A DNA stretch of 64,000 nucleotides from an uncultured Gammaproteobacteria bacterium (GCA_964511375.1 CAZEEW010000004.1:5542-69541); one strand, 5' to 3'; positions 28,647-38,402 are shown, numbered from the stretch's first letter. The notes: generated from the sequence alone by a model not told the origin. Made by a program: numbers and translations.

Positions 28647-29564
28647 ATGACGACTAGACACACACCAGTTTTATTACACGAAGTTCTTAAAAATCTAAAT
28701 TTACCTAAAGGAGGCAGAGTTGTTGATTGTACTTTGGGCGATGGGGGACATAGCGAAGAGATTTTAAAAGCAATTGGGCCAAAGGGAAAGTTGTTGGGAA
28801 TGGACGCTGATCCTGAGTCGCTCCTGCGCGCTAAACAGTACCTTTATAACTTTACCGATCAGATTACTTTTATCCGAGATAATTTTAGTACCTTGGAAAA
28901 AACTGCTAAAGAGAATGGCTTCGAGACAGTAGACGGCATACTTATGGACCTTGGTTGGTCTAGTCCGCAGTTTGCCGAACGTAATCGTGGTTTTAGTTTT
29001 CTTTCCAACGAACCGTTAGATATGCGTTACAGTGGAGGAATGGGGGAATCTGCTTTGACAGCAGCGGAAATAGTAAATGGTTATTCTGAATCTGAATTAG
29101 AGCATATTTTAAAATTCTTTGGTGAAGAGGATTTGGCTGAAGAGGTGGCCAAAGAAATTATTGAGCAGCGAAGGTTAAAAAGAATTGAAACGAGCGGCGA
29201 ATTAACCGAAGTAATTTTAAAAGCATATCGTAAGAAATTAAAAACAGATAAGGAAGTGCCGTGGGTTGGGGGAATTCATCCCGCCACCAAAGTATTTCAG
29301 GCTTTAAGGATTGAGGTAAACCATGAGCTTGAGGTATTAAAACAAGCATTGCCTCAAGCCGTTGGTTTACTGGCTACTGGCGGGCGACTGGCGGTTATAA
29401 CCTTTCATTCTCTGGAAGACCGAATCGTGAAGCAGTTTTTTCAAAAGGAAGAAAACAAAACTATTAAATTAATAACAAAAAAACCCATCGTTGCGAGTGA
29501 GGAGGAAGCACAGATTAATCCTCGGGCTCGTAGCGCTAAACTTAGGGTCATTGAAAAAAAATAA
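28647..29564 (+). CDS. rsmH: 16S rRNA (cytosine1402-N4)-methyltransferase RsmH (MraW)
   Basis: HTPVLLHEVL and DCTLGDGGHS motifs. Confidence 0.9.
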   Translation: MTTRHTPVLLHEVLKNLNLPKGGRVVDCTLGDGGHSEEILKAIGPKGKLLGMDADPESLLRAKQYLYNFTDQITFIRDNFSTLEKTAKENGFETVDGILMDLGWSSPQFAERNRGFSFLSNEPLDMRYSGGMGESALTAAEIVNGYSESELEHILKFFGEEDLAEEVAKEIIEQRRLKRIETSGELTEVILKAYRKKLKTDKEVPWVGGIHPATKVFQALRIEVNHELEVLKQALPQAVGLLATGGRLAVITFHSLEDRIVKQFFQKEENKTIKLITKKPIVASEEEAQINPRARSAKLRVIEKK

Positions 29565-29571
29565 TTTTACT

Positions 29572-29931
29572 ATGATCACCACACGCCGTCTCGCTTTACA
29601 TTATCGTTATTTTTCCTCTGCTGTGACCTCAATCTCCATGCCAAACTGGTTGCAAATATTACCAGCCCGCATCACGATTGCTGTTCTACTTGCCGCTTTA
29701 GCTTTTGCCTATGTGGTGAAGACAAGTTCTATGGCGGAAAGTGGTTATGAATTACATAGGTTAGAGAATCAGCTGACTTCTTTACAAGGAGACATTGAAA
29801 AAACTAGTATCTTCATTGCCGAAGCTAGCGCTATCACCAAAGTGGAAGAAAGACTCAAGGAAGTGAAGATGGTTTCTGCCCCTAAGCCAAAATATTTAGC
29901 ACCAAGTGGTTCAGCGGTGGCAGTAAAGTAA
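29572..29931 (+). CDS. FtsL-like cell-division protein (TM helix plus coiled coil), dcw-cluster position
   Basis: Transmembrane helix ITIAVLLAALAFAYVV followed by a heptad-like region. Start re-picked at the ATG at 29572. Confidence 0.45.
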   Translation: MITTRRLALHYRYFSSAVTSISMPNWLQILPARITIAVLLAALAFAYVVKTSSMAESGYELHRLENQLTSLQGDIEKTSIFIAEASAITKVEERLKEVKMVSAPKPKYLAPSGSAVAVK

Positions 29932-29960
29932 AACATATTTCTTTATCTTTAATTATTTGG

Positions 29961-29988
29961 TATAATACCCACATCGCTATGTGGGTAT
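29961..29988 (+). promoter_or_regulatory. -10 box (TATAAT) fused to a perfect 10-bp palindrome (ATACCCACAT-cgct-ATGTGGGTAT) that contains the start codon of the downstream gene
   Basis: Read directly from the sequence. Operator-like or translation-occluding hairpin at a leaderless start. Confidence 0.4.
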
Positions 29989-30335
29989 TAATTTTTCAGC
30001 GTCTTTTCATTGACGCTTTAATAGATATTTTTTACTTCCCGTTGTGGTGGTACTCGGGTGGAGCAAAACATGCTCTGATTTGGTGTCTTAATCTTTTAAA
30101 GTACGGCAACCAAATGTTCGCACCAGGACTTTGGTTACAAAATATTTTTGTACCCATGTATGGTCAATACGATTGGCAGGGACGGCTGATTAGTTTTTTC
30201 ATGAGATTAGTTCAGGTCATTGTTCGTACCTTCGCATTATTTATCTGGATGTGGGTCAGCGTCGCTTTGTTTTTCCTTTGGCTTGGTTTACCGATCATTG
30301 TTATTTACGGAATCATTAAAATTTTGGTTTCCTAA
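29979..30335 (+). CDS. small polytopic membrane protein (hypothetical)
   Basis: Three to four hydrophobic helices. Confidence 0.4.
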   Translation: MWVLIFQRLFIDALIDIFYFPLWWYSGGAKHALIWCLNLLKYGNQMFAPGLWLQNIFVPMYGQYDWQGRLISFFMRLVQVIVRTFALFIWMWVSVALFFLWLGLPIIVIYGIIKILVS

Positions 30336-30337
30336 GT

Positions 30338-33136
30338 ATGTTATTCGAACCGCAAAAACCAATTAACATTCTAATTTGTCCAGTTTGTAAATCTACTGGC
30401 CAGTCTAGATTTGGTAAGTGCGAAGAATGCCGCGGAATGAGCATGGGGCATTTTGTACGGGATAGGTTTTTGTACTGGGGACATTATCTAAACAGGTATA
30501 ACCTAAGCTTATCTAAAGCCAGACGAATTTTCAACAGAGTACGTTTTCTTTCGGTTTTAATATTATGGTTGAACACTTGGTTTTGGTTAGGTTGGGCATT
30601 GAACAAACAAGAAATTGTTACCCCAGAATTGTTAATACCAACCAATTGGTTAATGTTGTTTTCGTTATTTTCTCCAGGACAGAAATTTGTGTTTTGGCTT
30701 GGTGCTTGGATGTTGTTGTACCTCTGGTACAGGGATATTGTTGAGAAACAACATATAGGTGCAGTAGAAAAGTTTTCTTATGACGATAAACAAAAAAAAC
30801 CAGAAGAGGATTTGATAGATAGTCCGGCTTGGAACAACTGGCAGGAAGTTTTAAAATTATCTACCAGTAAACGAAGAGATATTTCTAAAGCTTTTACAGA
30901 TGAAGCTTTGGGTGTTTTGGGTGAAGCTTACCGTTTGGCCGACAAGAATGGTTTTAGCACTGTTGAACCAATGCATTTGTTTTACGCTTTGTTATCTTTT
31001 AACCGTGTAGGTAATATTTTTATTCGCTTAGGTATTCCGGCCAGTGTGTTGCAAACCAGTTTGTCCAAAATAATTGTTAAAGATGAGAAGTCCATTGTCT
31101 CAAAAGACAAGCTTGCCATGCCTTTAATTTCCTCAGCTTTCCAGCAAGTACTTTTCCAAGCGTATGAAGAAGCTTACGCCGGGAAGCAAGAATATGTCAG
31201 CGTGACAGAATTATTATTTTCAACAGTAAAAGAAACGCCAGCGATACAAGAAATGTTGTACGACTTAGAAGTGGATCGTCGGAAATTAGAAAACGTTATT
31301 ACTTGGGCTCGTATCCGTGAAAAGATGTATCGTGATTACCAAAAATTTCGTTCTGCCGCTGGCCACCGCTCTACTAAAGGCATGGATAAAGCGATGACCG
31401 CCGTCCAAACACCGTTTTTAAACCAGTTTAGTGAGGATTTGACGATGCTAGCACAGTTTGGGCACTTAGAAACTTGCGTGGCAAGAGATAAAGAAATGGA
31501 AGAAATATTCCGCGTGGTAGACGGCGGAGGACAAAATGTAATTTTAGTTGGTGGTAATGGTGTAGGAAAGAAAAGTATTGTGGAGGGATTGGCCCAACGG
31601 ATGGTGGAAGACAATGTTCCTAAGCGTTTACAAGATAAACGATTTGTTAGATTGTCTGTTTCTTCGCTTTTGGCTGGGACTACTCCGGCTGGTGCAGTAG
31701 AAAGGCTGATGGGAATAATGAATGATGTGGCCAGAGCGGGAAACATAATTTTATTCATTCATAATATTCATGAATTAGTCGGTGTCTCAGCTGGAGGAGA
31801 GGGTGGTAGCTTAGACGTTGCAGATTCTTTGGCCGAATATTTGCGCGGTGGTCGTTTTTTAACGATTGCTACTTCTTCTACTCATGAGTACGGCCAGATG
31901 ATAGCCAACACCCCCTTGGGCGGTGTGTTTTCCAAGGTAGATATTCGGGAAATGGATGAGGACCAGGCCATTCAAGTTTTGGAATCTAAGGTCGGTGCGG
32001 TGGAATACAAACAACAAGTTTTCTTTTCCTATGATGCAGTAGAAAAAGCGGTGGAATTTGCCATGCGTTACATGCACGAAACAGCACTACCGGGTAGTGC
32101 ACTTGAGATTATGCGCGAGGCAGCAGTGTATGCTCATAACAAAAAAGGCGCTAATTCTTTGGTGGGAAAAGATGAAGTGGGGGCTGTGATTTCGGAAAAA
32201 ACTGGCGTGCCAGTAACGACAGTATCAGCGGACGAGTCAACAAAGTTATTACGTCTGGAAGAAGAAATGCACAAGCGAGTTATTGGCCAGGACGAAGCCG
32301 TGGGACTGGTCGCTAATGCCTTGCGTCGTGCTAGAGCCGAAATGCGCTCGCAAAACCGACCAGTGGCGAACTTTTTGTTCTTAGGACCGACTGGTGTTGG
32401 TAAAACCGAATTGGCAAAAACCATTGCTGAGGTATACTTTGGTGGAGAGAATCGCATGATTCGTTTGGATATGAGTGAATTTCAAGATAAACAGAGTGTT
32501 TATCGCCTGATCGGCACACCAAATGAAAAGGCCAGTGGTATTTTAACCGAGAGTGTTAAACATAGTCCCTTTGGGATACTGCTCTTAGATGAAATTGAAA
32601 AAGCAGATCATGATGTATTAAATATTTTCTTACAGGTCATGGACGATGGACGACTTACCGATAGCGTCGGCGAAGTTGTTGATTTTACTAATCTAATTAT
32701 CGTTGCAACTTCAAATGCCGGAACGAGCTATGTTTCCGAACAAGTCAAAGCTGGTTTGTCTAGTGAGGCGATAAAAGAAAGATTGTTACATGGTGAGTTG
32801 GCCTCGTATTTTAGACCAGAGTTTTTAAACCGTTTTGACGGGATTGTTCTCTTCAAACCATTATCAAAAGAAGATATTAAACAAGTAGCAAACCTCATGT
32901 TAAAGAAAGTGGCCAAGAACCTGGAAGAAAAAGGAGTAGAATTAAAGGTAGATGACGTGGCTTTGGAATTTTTAGCTGGTGTTGGTTATGACCCTGAGTT
33001 TGGCGCTCGCCCAATGCGCCGGGCGATTCAGGAGAGAGTTGAGAATAAACTAGCAGAATTAATTTTATCTGGTGGACTAAAACGTCGTGATGTGGTAAAA
33101 GTAGGTGAGAATGGAAATATTGAAATTGTTACCTAA
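30338..33136 (+). CDS. ClpC/ClpB-like AAA+ ATPase with two nucleotide-binding domains, fused to an N-terminal C4 zinc ribbon and two TM helices
   Basis: NBD1 Walker A LVGGNGVGKKSIVEGLAQRM. NBD2 Walker A FLFLGPTGVGKTELAKTIAE. Clp_N-like repeats. N-terminal CPVCKS...CEECRG followed by hydrophobic segments. Confidence 0.85.
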   Translation: MLFEPQKPINILICPVCKSTGQSRFGKCEECRGMSMGHFVRDRFLYWGHYLNRYNLSLSKARRIFNRVRFLSVLILWLNTWFWLGWALNKQEIVTPELLIPTNWLMLFSLFSPGQKFVFWLGAWMLLYLWYRDIVEKQHIGAVEKFSYDDKQKKPEEDLIDSPAWNNWQEVLKLSTSKRRDISKAFTDEALGVLGEAYRLADKNGFSTVEPMHLFYALLSFNRVGNIFIRLGIPASVLQTSLSKIIVKDEKSIVSKDKLAMPLISSAFQQVLFQAYEEAYAGKQEYVSVTELLFSTVKETPAIQEMLYDLEVDRRKLENVITWARIREKMYRDYQKFRSAAGHRSTKGMDKAMTAVQTPFLNQFSEDLTMLAQFGHLETCVARDKEMEEIFRVVDGGGQNVILVGGNGVGKKSIVEGLAQRMVEDNVPKRLQDKRFVRLSVSSLLAGTTPAGAVERLMGIMNDVARAGNIILFIHNIHELVGVSAGGEGGSLDVADSLAEYLRGGRFLTIATSSTHEYGQMIANTPLGGVFSKVDIREMDEDQAIQVLESKVGAVEYKQQVFFSYDAVEKAVEFAMRYMHETALPGSALEIMREAAVYAHNKKGANSLVGKDEVGAVISEKTGVPVTTVSADESTKLLRLEEEMHKRVIGQDEAVGLVANALRRARAEMRSQNRPVANFLFLGPTGVGKTELAKTIAEVYFGGENRMIRLDMSEFQDKQSVYRLIGTPNEKASGILTESVKHSPFGILLLDEIEKADHDVLNIFLQVMDDGRLTDSVGEVVDFTNLIIVATSNAGTSYVSEQVKAGLSSEAIKERLLHGELASYFRPEFLNRFDGIVLFKPLSKEDIKQVANLMLKKVAKNLEEKGVELKVDDVALEFLAGVGYDPEFGARPMRRAIQERVENKLAELILSGGLKRRDVVKVGENGNIEIVT

Positions 33137-33139
33137 ATT

Positions 33140-34198
33140 ATGTGGTGGTACTTTCTTTTTGCTCTTGGTTTAACCTTGCTTGTTACTCCCTTAGTTAAGT
33201 ATTTAGCTCTAAGAACAGGTGCAGTTGACGCCCCTGATCAGGGCAGAAAAAAACATTTAGTGCCGACACCACTTTTAGGTGGATTGGCAATTTTTTTTGT
33301 TTTTTGGTTAGTGGTTGGTTATTTAGCCATTTTTACTAATCGCTTAAGTGAAGAGATAACATCAGTCAAGTTACTTGGAATTTTTGCGACTAGTTTAATA
33401 ATGGTTTTGGTTGGTATTTGGGATGATTTTAAGAATGTTTCGGTAAAGATTAGATTGATTTTCGTATCCCTCGCGATAATGATTGCTATTTTATCTGGTT
33501 TAAAATTAGGAGCTATTACCAATCCTTTTGGTGGGGTAATACCATTAGATTGGCGAACTATTGATTTGGGTTGGCTTGGTAATCTAGTTTTGGTAGGAGA
33601 TGTTTTGGCCTTTTTTTGGTTGTTTGGTATTACATACACCGCAAAGATTTTGGATGGTTTGGATGGCTTAACAGCTGGAATCATTTTCATTGGTTCCATG
33701 ATGATATATTTTCTTACTCAGACTGACAAATTTTACCAACCTGAAGTTGGAATAATGGCCCTGGTTTTGGCCGGAACATGTTTAGGGTTTCTTTTGTTTA
33801 ATTTTTACCCAGCCAAGATATTTTTGGGAGAAAGCGGTGGTTTATTCCTCGGGTTTATGTTGGCAGTACTGGCAATCATTTCTGGTGGTAAAATTGCGAC
33901 AGCCTTGCTAGCTCTCGCCGTGCCGCTTTTAGACTTGCTTCGAGTTCTTTTTACTCGCTGGCGCAAGGGTAGAAGGATTTTTGAAGGGGACCGCGAGCAT
34001 CTACATTTTCGATTAATGGATGCTGGACTAAGTCATCGTCAGACGGTAATATTCTTTTACTTTGTCGCTAGTATTTTTGGTATCACCACTTTGTTTTTGC
34101 AAAGCGCGATGAAATTAGTTACCTTGTTATTACTTGGATTAGCCATGTTAACGGTAGGATGGTGGCTGAACAGAGTAACAAATTTACAAAGTAAGTAG
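33140..34198 (+). CDS. MraY/WecA-family polyprenyl-phosphate N-acetylhexosamine-1-phosphate transferase
   Basis: DAPDQGRKKHLVPTPLLGG and ILDGLDGLTAG motifs. Ten to eleven transmembrane helices. Confidence 0.75.
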   Translation: MWWYFLFALGLTLLVTPLVKYLALRTGAVDAPDQGRKKHLVPTPLLGGLAIFFVFWLVVGYLAIFTNRLSEEITSVKLLGIFATSLIMVLVGIWDDFKNVSVKIRLIFVSLAIMIAILSGLKLGAITNPFGGVIPLDWRTIDLGWLGNLVLVGDVLAFFWLFGITYTAKILDGLDGLTAGIIFIGSMMIYFLTQTDKFYQPEVGIMALVLAGTCLGFLLFNFYPAKIFLGESGGLFLGFMLAVLAIISGGKIATALLALAVPLLDLLRVLFTRWRKGRRIFEGDREHLHFRLMDAGLSHRQTVIFFYFVASIFGITTLFLQSAMKLVTLLLLGLAMLTVGWWLNRVTNLQSK

Positions 34199-34221
34199 CT
34201 TCAGTGGTATAATAATTAGTT

Positions 34222-34668
34222 ATGAGGATACGAAGTTATGTAAATGGGGACGCACGAAAAATTTCTAACGTAATTAGAAGGTGCCTTAAAGAAGTAAACA
34301 GCAAGGATTATTCGAAGAGAACCATTGCAAATTTATATAATTTTTTTACACCTTCTCAAATTGTTCGAAACTCAAAAGATAGAATAATTTTTGTTGCAGC
34401 GGAAGGTGATAAAATAATTGGAACCGCCAGTTTAAAAGGCAATACAATATACACCGTTTTTGTTAATCCGGATTTTCATGGGAGAGGCATCGGATCAAAA
34501 TTAATGAGTAAAGTTGAAGTTGTAGCTAGGCAAAGCGGGTATAGAAAATTACAGGTACCTTCATCCATTACTTCAGTAGAGTTTTATAAAAAATTAGGTT
34601 ATAAGAAAGTTAAAACAATTCGTTTTCTCGAGCGCGGAGATACTATTTTGATGGAAAAGAGTATTTAA
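34222..34668 (+). CDS. GNAT family N-acetyltransferase
   Basis: VFVNPDFHGRGIGSKLM acetyl-CoA-binding motif. Confidence 0.75.
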   Translation: MRIRSYVNGDARKISNVIRRCLKEVNSKDYSKRTIANLYNFFTPSQIVRNSKDRIIFVAAEGDKIIGTASLKGNTIYTVFVNPDFHGRGIGSKLMSKVEVVARQSGYRKLQVPSSITSVEFYKKLGYKKVKTIRFLERGDTILMEKSI

Positions 34669-34686
34669 CTTTTTGGGTTTTCGTAA

Positions 34687-35175
34687 ATGACGAGTATGCT
34701 TTTTAGTAGAAGAGAAAAAAGTAAATTTAATAAGTGGTACTTATTATTACTGCTCATCTTTGTTATTGCCGGCGTTGGTTTAAAAATGTATGGACTGCGC
34801 TGGCCAAAGGCCAAGGTGGTATTTGGAGACAAACAGATTGAAGTTTTGGTGGCAGATACTTTGCGCCATCGGTACACGGGACTTGGCGGACGTGAAAGTC
34901 TAGGTGAATATGACGGCATGCTTTTTGTTTATCCAGTAGAGGGCAGTCATGGTATCGTGATGCGGGATATGCAGTTTTCAATCGATATTATCTGGATTAA
35001 AGGTGGTAGAGTGATAGACATTGCTCCTAGCGTTGCCTTGGAGCCAGGGGTAGCAGAAAAGGATTTAACGGTATATTTACCGCGTGTTCCGGCTACTTTG
35101 GTTCTTGAGGTACCAGCTGGCTTTACAAGCCAAAATAACCTAAAAATAGGGGATCCAGTGAAAATTTTGGATTAA
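34687..35175 (+). CDS. DUF192-domain protein with an N-terminal TM anchor
   Basis: MLFVYP...SIDIIWI signature. Family assignment is from memory. Confidence 0.55.
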   Translation: MTSMLFSRREKSKFNKWYLLLLLIFVIAGVGLKMYGLRWPKAKVVFGDKQIEVLVADTLRHRYTGLGGRESLGEYDGMLFVYPVEGSHGIVMRDMQFSIDIIWIKGGRVIDIAPSVALEPGVAEKDLTVYLPRVPATLVLEVPAGFTSQNNLKIGDPVKILD

Positions 35176-35189
35176 TTTAATCGGGGTCC

Positions 35190-35218
35190 TTGACAAAAAA
35201 GGTAAAATGCTCTAAACT
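35190..35218 (+). promoter_or_regulatory. sigma-70-like promoter (TTGACA-17-TAAACT) upstream of rplU
   Basis: Canonical -35 and 17-bp spacer. Confidence 0.5.
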
Positions 35219-35261
35219 AAGCCCTACTTAGCCCCCGAAATATATCTAATTTTAGTAAACT

Positions 35262-35567
35262 ATGTTAGCAGTTATCGCAACCGGCGGAAAACAATATCTT
35301 GTTAAGACCGGTGACAGTTTAAAAATTGAGAAGCTTGAAGCACAGGAAGGCGATAAAATTACTTTTGACAAAGTACTTTTGACCGCCGATGATAATGGTG
35401 GAAATGTAAAACTCGGTATGCCTTTGTTAGATGGCGTAACCATTGAAGCTACTGTTGTAAAACAGGGTCGTTCTAAAAAAGTTCGTGTTGAGAAATTCAA
35501 ACGAAAAGTTCGTTACCATAAAGTATACGGACATCGCCAGGCTTTCACTGAGGTAAAGGTTGCCTAA
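35262..35567 (+). CDS. rplU: 50S ribosomal protein L21
   Basis: MLAVIATGGKQYLVKTGD. Confidence 0.9.
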   Translation: MLAVIATGGKQYLVKTGDSLKIEKLEAQEGDKITFDKVLLTADDNGGNVKLGMPLLDGVTIEATVVKQGRSKKVRVEKFKRKVRYHKVYGHRQAFTEVKVA

Positions 35568-35584
35568 ACCAAAAAATATAAATT

Positions 35585-35615
35585 AACACCAGCTTTAGAG
35601 GCTGGTGTTTTTTTA
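35585..35615. terminator. bidirectional terminator (AACACCAGC-loop-GCTGGTGTT + T7)
   Basis: Perfect 9-bp stem. Overlaps the stop codon of the convergent minus-strand ORF. Confidence 0.65.
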
Positions 35616-35870
35616 GTCGTGCGTGAGTAAACCGTAAATTCTTTTTTTAAGTTCCTCCATGACTTGGGCGTTTACATCTTCAACCCCTTGTTCTTTCATT
35701 ATTTCGTTTAGCGTCCGGTCTACCAAGTCTTGCGCTTCAATTTGAGTGCGGACCCGGTGAGTCCAAATTGCAGGGTTATGACGTCGTCTGTATACCATGT
35801 CTGCAAGATCGGCCACCTCTTGGTTGATTAATCTAGGATCAAAAGTACCTACTGGTCGTTCTCTATCCAT
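35613..35870 (-). CDS. small hypothetical protein, last gene of the dnaB-ybaB-recR operon
   Basis: ORF in an operon position. No recognised motif. Confidence 0.35.
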   Translation of the reverse strand: MDRERPVGTFDPRLINQEVADLADMVYRRRHNPAIWTHRVRTQIEAQDLVDRTLNEIMKEQGVEDVNAQVMEELKKRIYGLLTHD

Positions 35871-35880
35871 ACTATATTAA

Positions 35881-36483
35881 TTAAGTAATTAGTCGATTTT
35901 TAAAAGCACTACTCAAGGTAATTTCATCGGCATATTGCAAGTCGCTGCCCATTGGTAGGCCACGTGCTAAACGAGACACTTTAATATTGGGGTTAATGTT
36001 TTTTACTTCTCGTTCTAAGTATAGCATAGTGGTTTCACCTGGTAAATCCGGGTTTAAAGCTAGAATAATTTCTTTGGGTCTTGGTTCGTTCTGTAGTCGT
36101 AAAAAAAATTCCTTTAATTTTAAATCTTGCCAGGCATCCTCTTTGTTTGGGTCTACTAAACCACGCAGTACGTGGTAAAGTCCTTTGAACTCGCCGGTTC
36201 GTTCAATAACAGGAATAGATTGTGGATCACTCACAACACAAATTGTAGTTTTGTCACGACTGGGATTTTGACAAATTGGACAAGGATTCGTTTCCGAAAA
36301 GTCCCAGCAGGTTTCGCAGCTTTTTATCTTGTCCATGACGTCTTTTAAAGCCAAAAGCAATTCGCCAACTTCGCGCTTACCGGCTTTAAGCCAATAAAAA
36401 ACAAACCGTTCGGCGGTATGCTGGCCAACCGACGGTAGTTTTCTTAGCTCCTTGATCAGTTTGTCGATCGCAGGAGAGTACAT
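35881..36483 (-). CDS. recR: recombination protein RecR
   Basis: HhH motif. C4 zinc finger (CETC...CPIC). Toprim domain. Confidence 0.9.
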   Translation of the reverse strand: MYSPAIDKLIKELRKLPSVGQHTAERFVFYWLKAGKREVGELLLALKDVMDKIKSCETCWDFSETNPCPICQNPSRDKTTICVVSDPQSIPVIERTGEFKGLYHVLRGLVDPNKEDAWQDLKLKEFFLRLQNEPRPKEIILALNPDLPGETTMLYLEREVKNINPNIKVSRLARGLPMGSDLQYADEITLSSAFKNRLIT

Positions 36484-36487
36484 AGAG

Positions 36488-36793
36488 TTACTTTAATCCC
36501 GGTAAATTGAATTCACCAGATTGCTGCATCTTCATGGCTAGTGTGCGCTGGATCTTTTTCTTAGCATCTTCGTGGGCGTCTTTAATAGCGTTAACCAACT
36601 TATCTTTTTGGTCTTTGTTCATCATTTCATCATCAATAGCAAGGCCAGTAATTTTAAAAGTGCCATCCATAGTCATTACCACTTTGTCGCCAGCGGTGCG
36701 CACTGTCACGGATTCTTGGCTCATCATTTCTTCCATCTTCTTGCCTTGTTCACGCAAGTCTTTAAATTGTTTTAACTTAGATAACATTGACAT
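36488..36793 (-). CDS. ybaB: nucleoid-associated protein YbaB/EbfC
   Basis: Typical ~100-aa protein (MSMLSKLKQFKDLREQGKKMEE...) immediately upstream of recR. Confidence 0.8.
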   Translation of the reverse strand: MSMLSKLKQFKDLREQGKKMEEMMSQESVTVRTAGDKVVMTMDGTFKITGLAIDDEMMNKDQKDKLVNAIKDAHEDAKKKIQRTLAMKMQQSGEFNLPGLK

Positions 36794-36827
36794 AGCTCGT
36801 TTACATTATATTTTTAAAACTTTTAAA

Positions 36828-38300
36828 TTAAAATTGTGGTTCTTCATTCCCGCCTTCCGGTTTAGGCTTTTGGAAAGCAGATTTTGGTTTTAAAACTGTT
36901 GGTGTCGATATGCCCCCGCCGCTTGAGCCGGCCGTATAGTTGGTGTCCATATTGCGGAAAGAGGTGAACTGTTCATTAAAGACTAATTTTACCACACCAG
37001 TTGGACCGTTTCTGTGTTTAGCAATGTGAATTTCTGCTAAGTATCGTTCGTCCGGTGGAATTTCTTCAGGGCGGTAGTTGCGGTCAGCGGCTTTGCGGTA
37101 GATAAACATAACTATGTCCGCATCTTGCTCAATAGAACCAGATTCGCGTAAATGGGCTAGTTTTGGTATGGCTGGCTTGTTCTGCTCGACCGCACGAGCT
37201 AACTGTGACAGGGCGATAACGGGAACATTTAACTCACGAGCGAGACCTTTCAAACCACGGGTAATTTCCGCAACTTCTTGAACGCGGTTCTCTGAGTCGC
37301 CGCTCGAATCCATAAGCTGCAAGTAGTCGATCACGATCAAACCTAACCCGTGTTCTGCTTGTAATCGACGGGCTTTGGTACGAATCTGCAAGATGTTAAT
37401 GTTCGGAGTGTCGTCAATAAAAATTTTTGCTTCAGACAAAGCACCAATGGCGTGTCCGATGCGGGGGAAGTCGTCGTCTTCTGGCCGGTCAGACAAATTC
37501 CCAGTACGCATTTTCCAGAGGTCGACATTGGCCTCCGCACAAAGCAAGCGGTCAACTAGCTGTTCTTTGCTCATTTCAAGTGAAAAGAAACCAACCGGCA
37601 CTTTGGATTTTACCCCAATATTTCGAACCATGTCGAGCGCAAAGGAGGTTTTACCAACAGCTGGACGGGCAGCCAGGATAATGAGATCAGACTTTTGTAA
37701 GCCAGCTAAGATATTGTCTAATTGAGTAAAACCGGTTGGCACACCGCGTAACTGTCCTTTATTTTTGTGCAATTCATCGATGCGGTCAAAGGCGTCAGCT
37801 AGGACGTTGCGGATTGGAGTGAAAGCTTGTTTAAAGTAAATCTGTGAAACACCGAATAAATGCTGTTGTGCCTGGTCTAAAACTTTTTGGATATCGTCAG
37901 TTTCTTCTTCAAAAGAAAGTTTAGTAATTTCTTGGGAAGCGGTTAAGAGACGACGACGCGTTGCTTTACGGTGAATGATATGGGCGTAATGAACAATGTT
38001 TGACGAAGTGGCAACGGCATTGGTAAGGGCGGCCAGGTAAGTTCGTCCACCGATTCGGTCTAAGACGTTTTTTTCTTCCAGTCTGTTGCTTAAGGTGATG
38101 ATATCTATTGGGCTGTTGCCGCTATATAGATCAATAATTGTTTCGTATATTAGTTCGTGATTTTTACTATAGAAGTCATCGGGTCGAACTAAGTCGGCGA
38201 TTTTTAAGATGCCATCCTTGTCAATTAAAAGCGAGCCGAGAAGTGACATCTCAGCTTCCATACTTTGTGGTGGAATTCGTTCGACTTGAGTAATATCCAT
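36828..38300 (-). CDS. dnaB: replicative DNA helicase DnaB
   Basis: N-terminal domain. Walker A ILAARPAVGKTSFALDM. RecA-like core. Unusual ~40-aa Gly/Pro-rich C-terminal extension. Confidence 0.9.
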   Translation of the reverse strand: MDITQVERIPPQSMEAEMSLLGSLLIDKDGILKIADLVRPDDFYSKNHELIYETIIDLYSGNSPIDIITLSNRLEEKNVLDRIGGRTYLAALTNAVATSSNIVHYAHIIHRKATRRRLLTASQEITKLSFEEETDDIQKVLDQAQQHLFGVSQIYFKQAFTPIRNVLADAFDRIDELHKNKGQLRGVPTGFTQLDNILAGLQKSDLIILAARPAVGKTSFALDMVRNIGVKSKVPVGFFSLEMSKEQLVDRLLCAEANVDLWKMRTGNLSDRPEDDDFPRIGHAIGALSEAKIFIDDTPNINILQIRTKARRLQAEHGLGLIVIDYLQLMDSSGDSENRVQEVAEITRGLKGLARELNVPVIALSQLARAVEQNKPAIPKLAHLRESGSIEQDADIVMFIYRKAADRNYRPEEIPPDERYLAEIHIAKHRNGPTGVVKLVFNEQFTSFRNMDTNYTAGSSGGGISTPTVLKPKSAFQKPKPEGGNEEPQF

Positions 38301-38402
38301 AGTGGAGTATATATTAACCTATTTCAACCAGGTACCGCAATAGAGAACAAAGACTAATTTGGGTATATCCTGTGTACAGGATTGGGGATTGGGGACAGGG
38401 CT

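Noticed and set aside
36507-36893. Plus-strand ORFs antisense to ybaB
   Set aside because: They have low-complexity Ser/Phe-rich translations. ybaB on the minus strand is well supported by family features and operon context.
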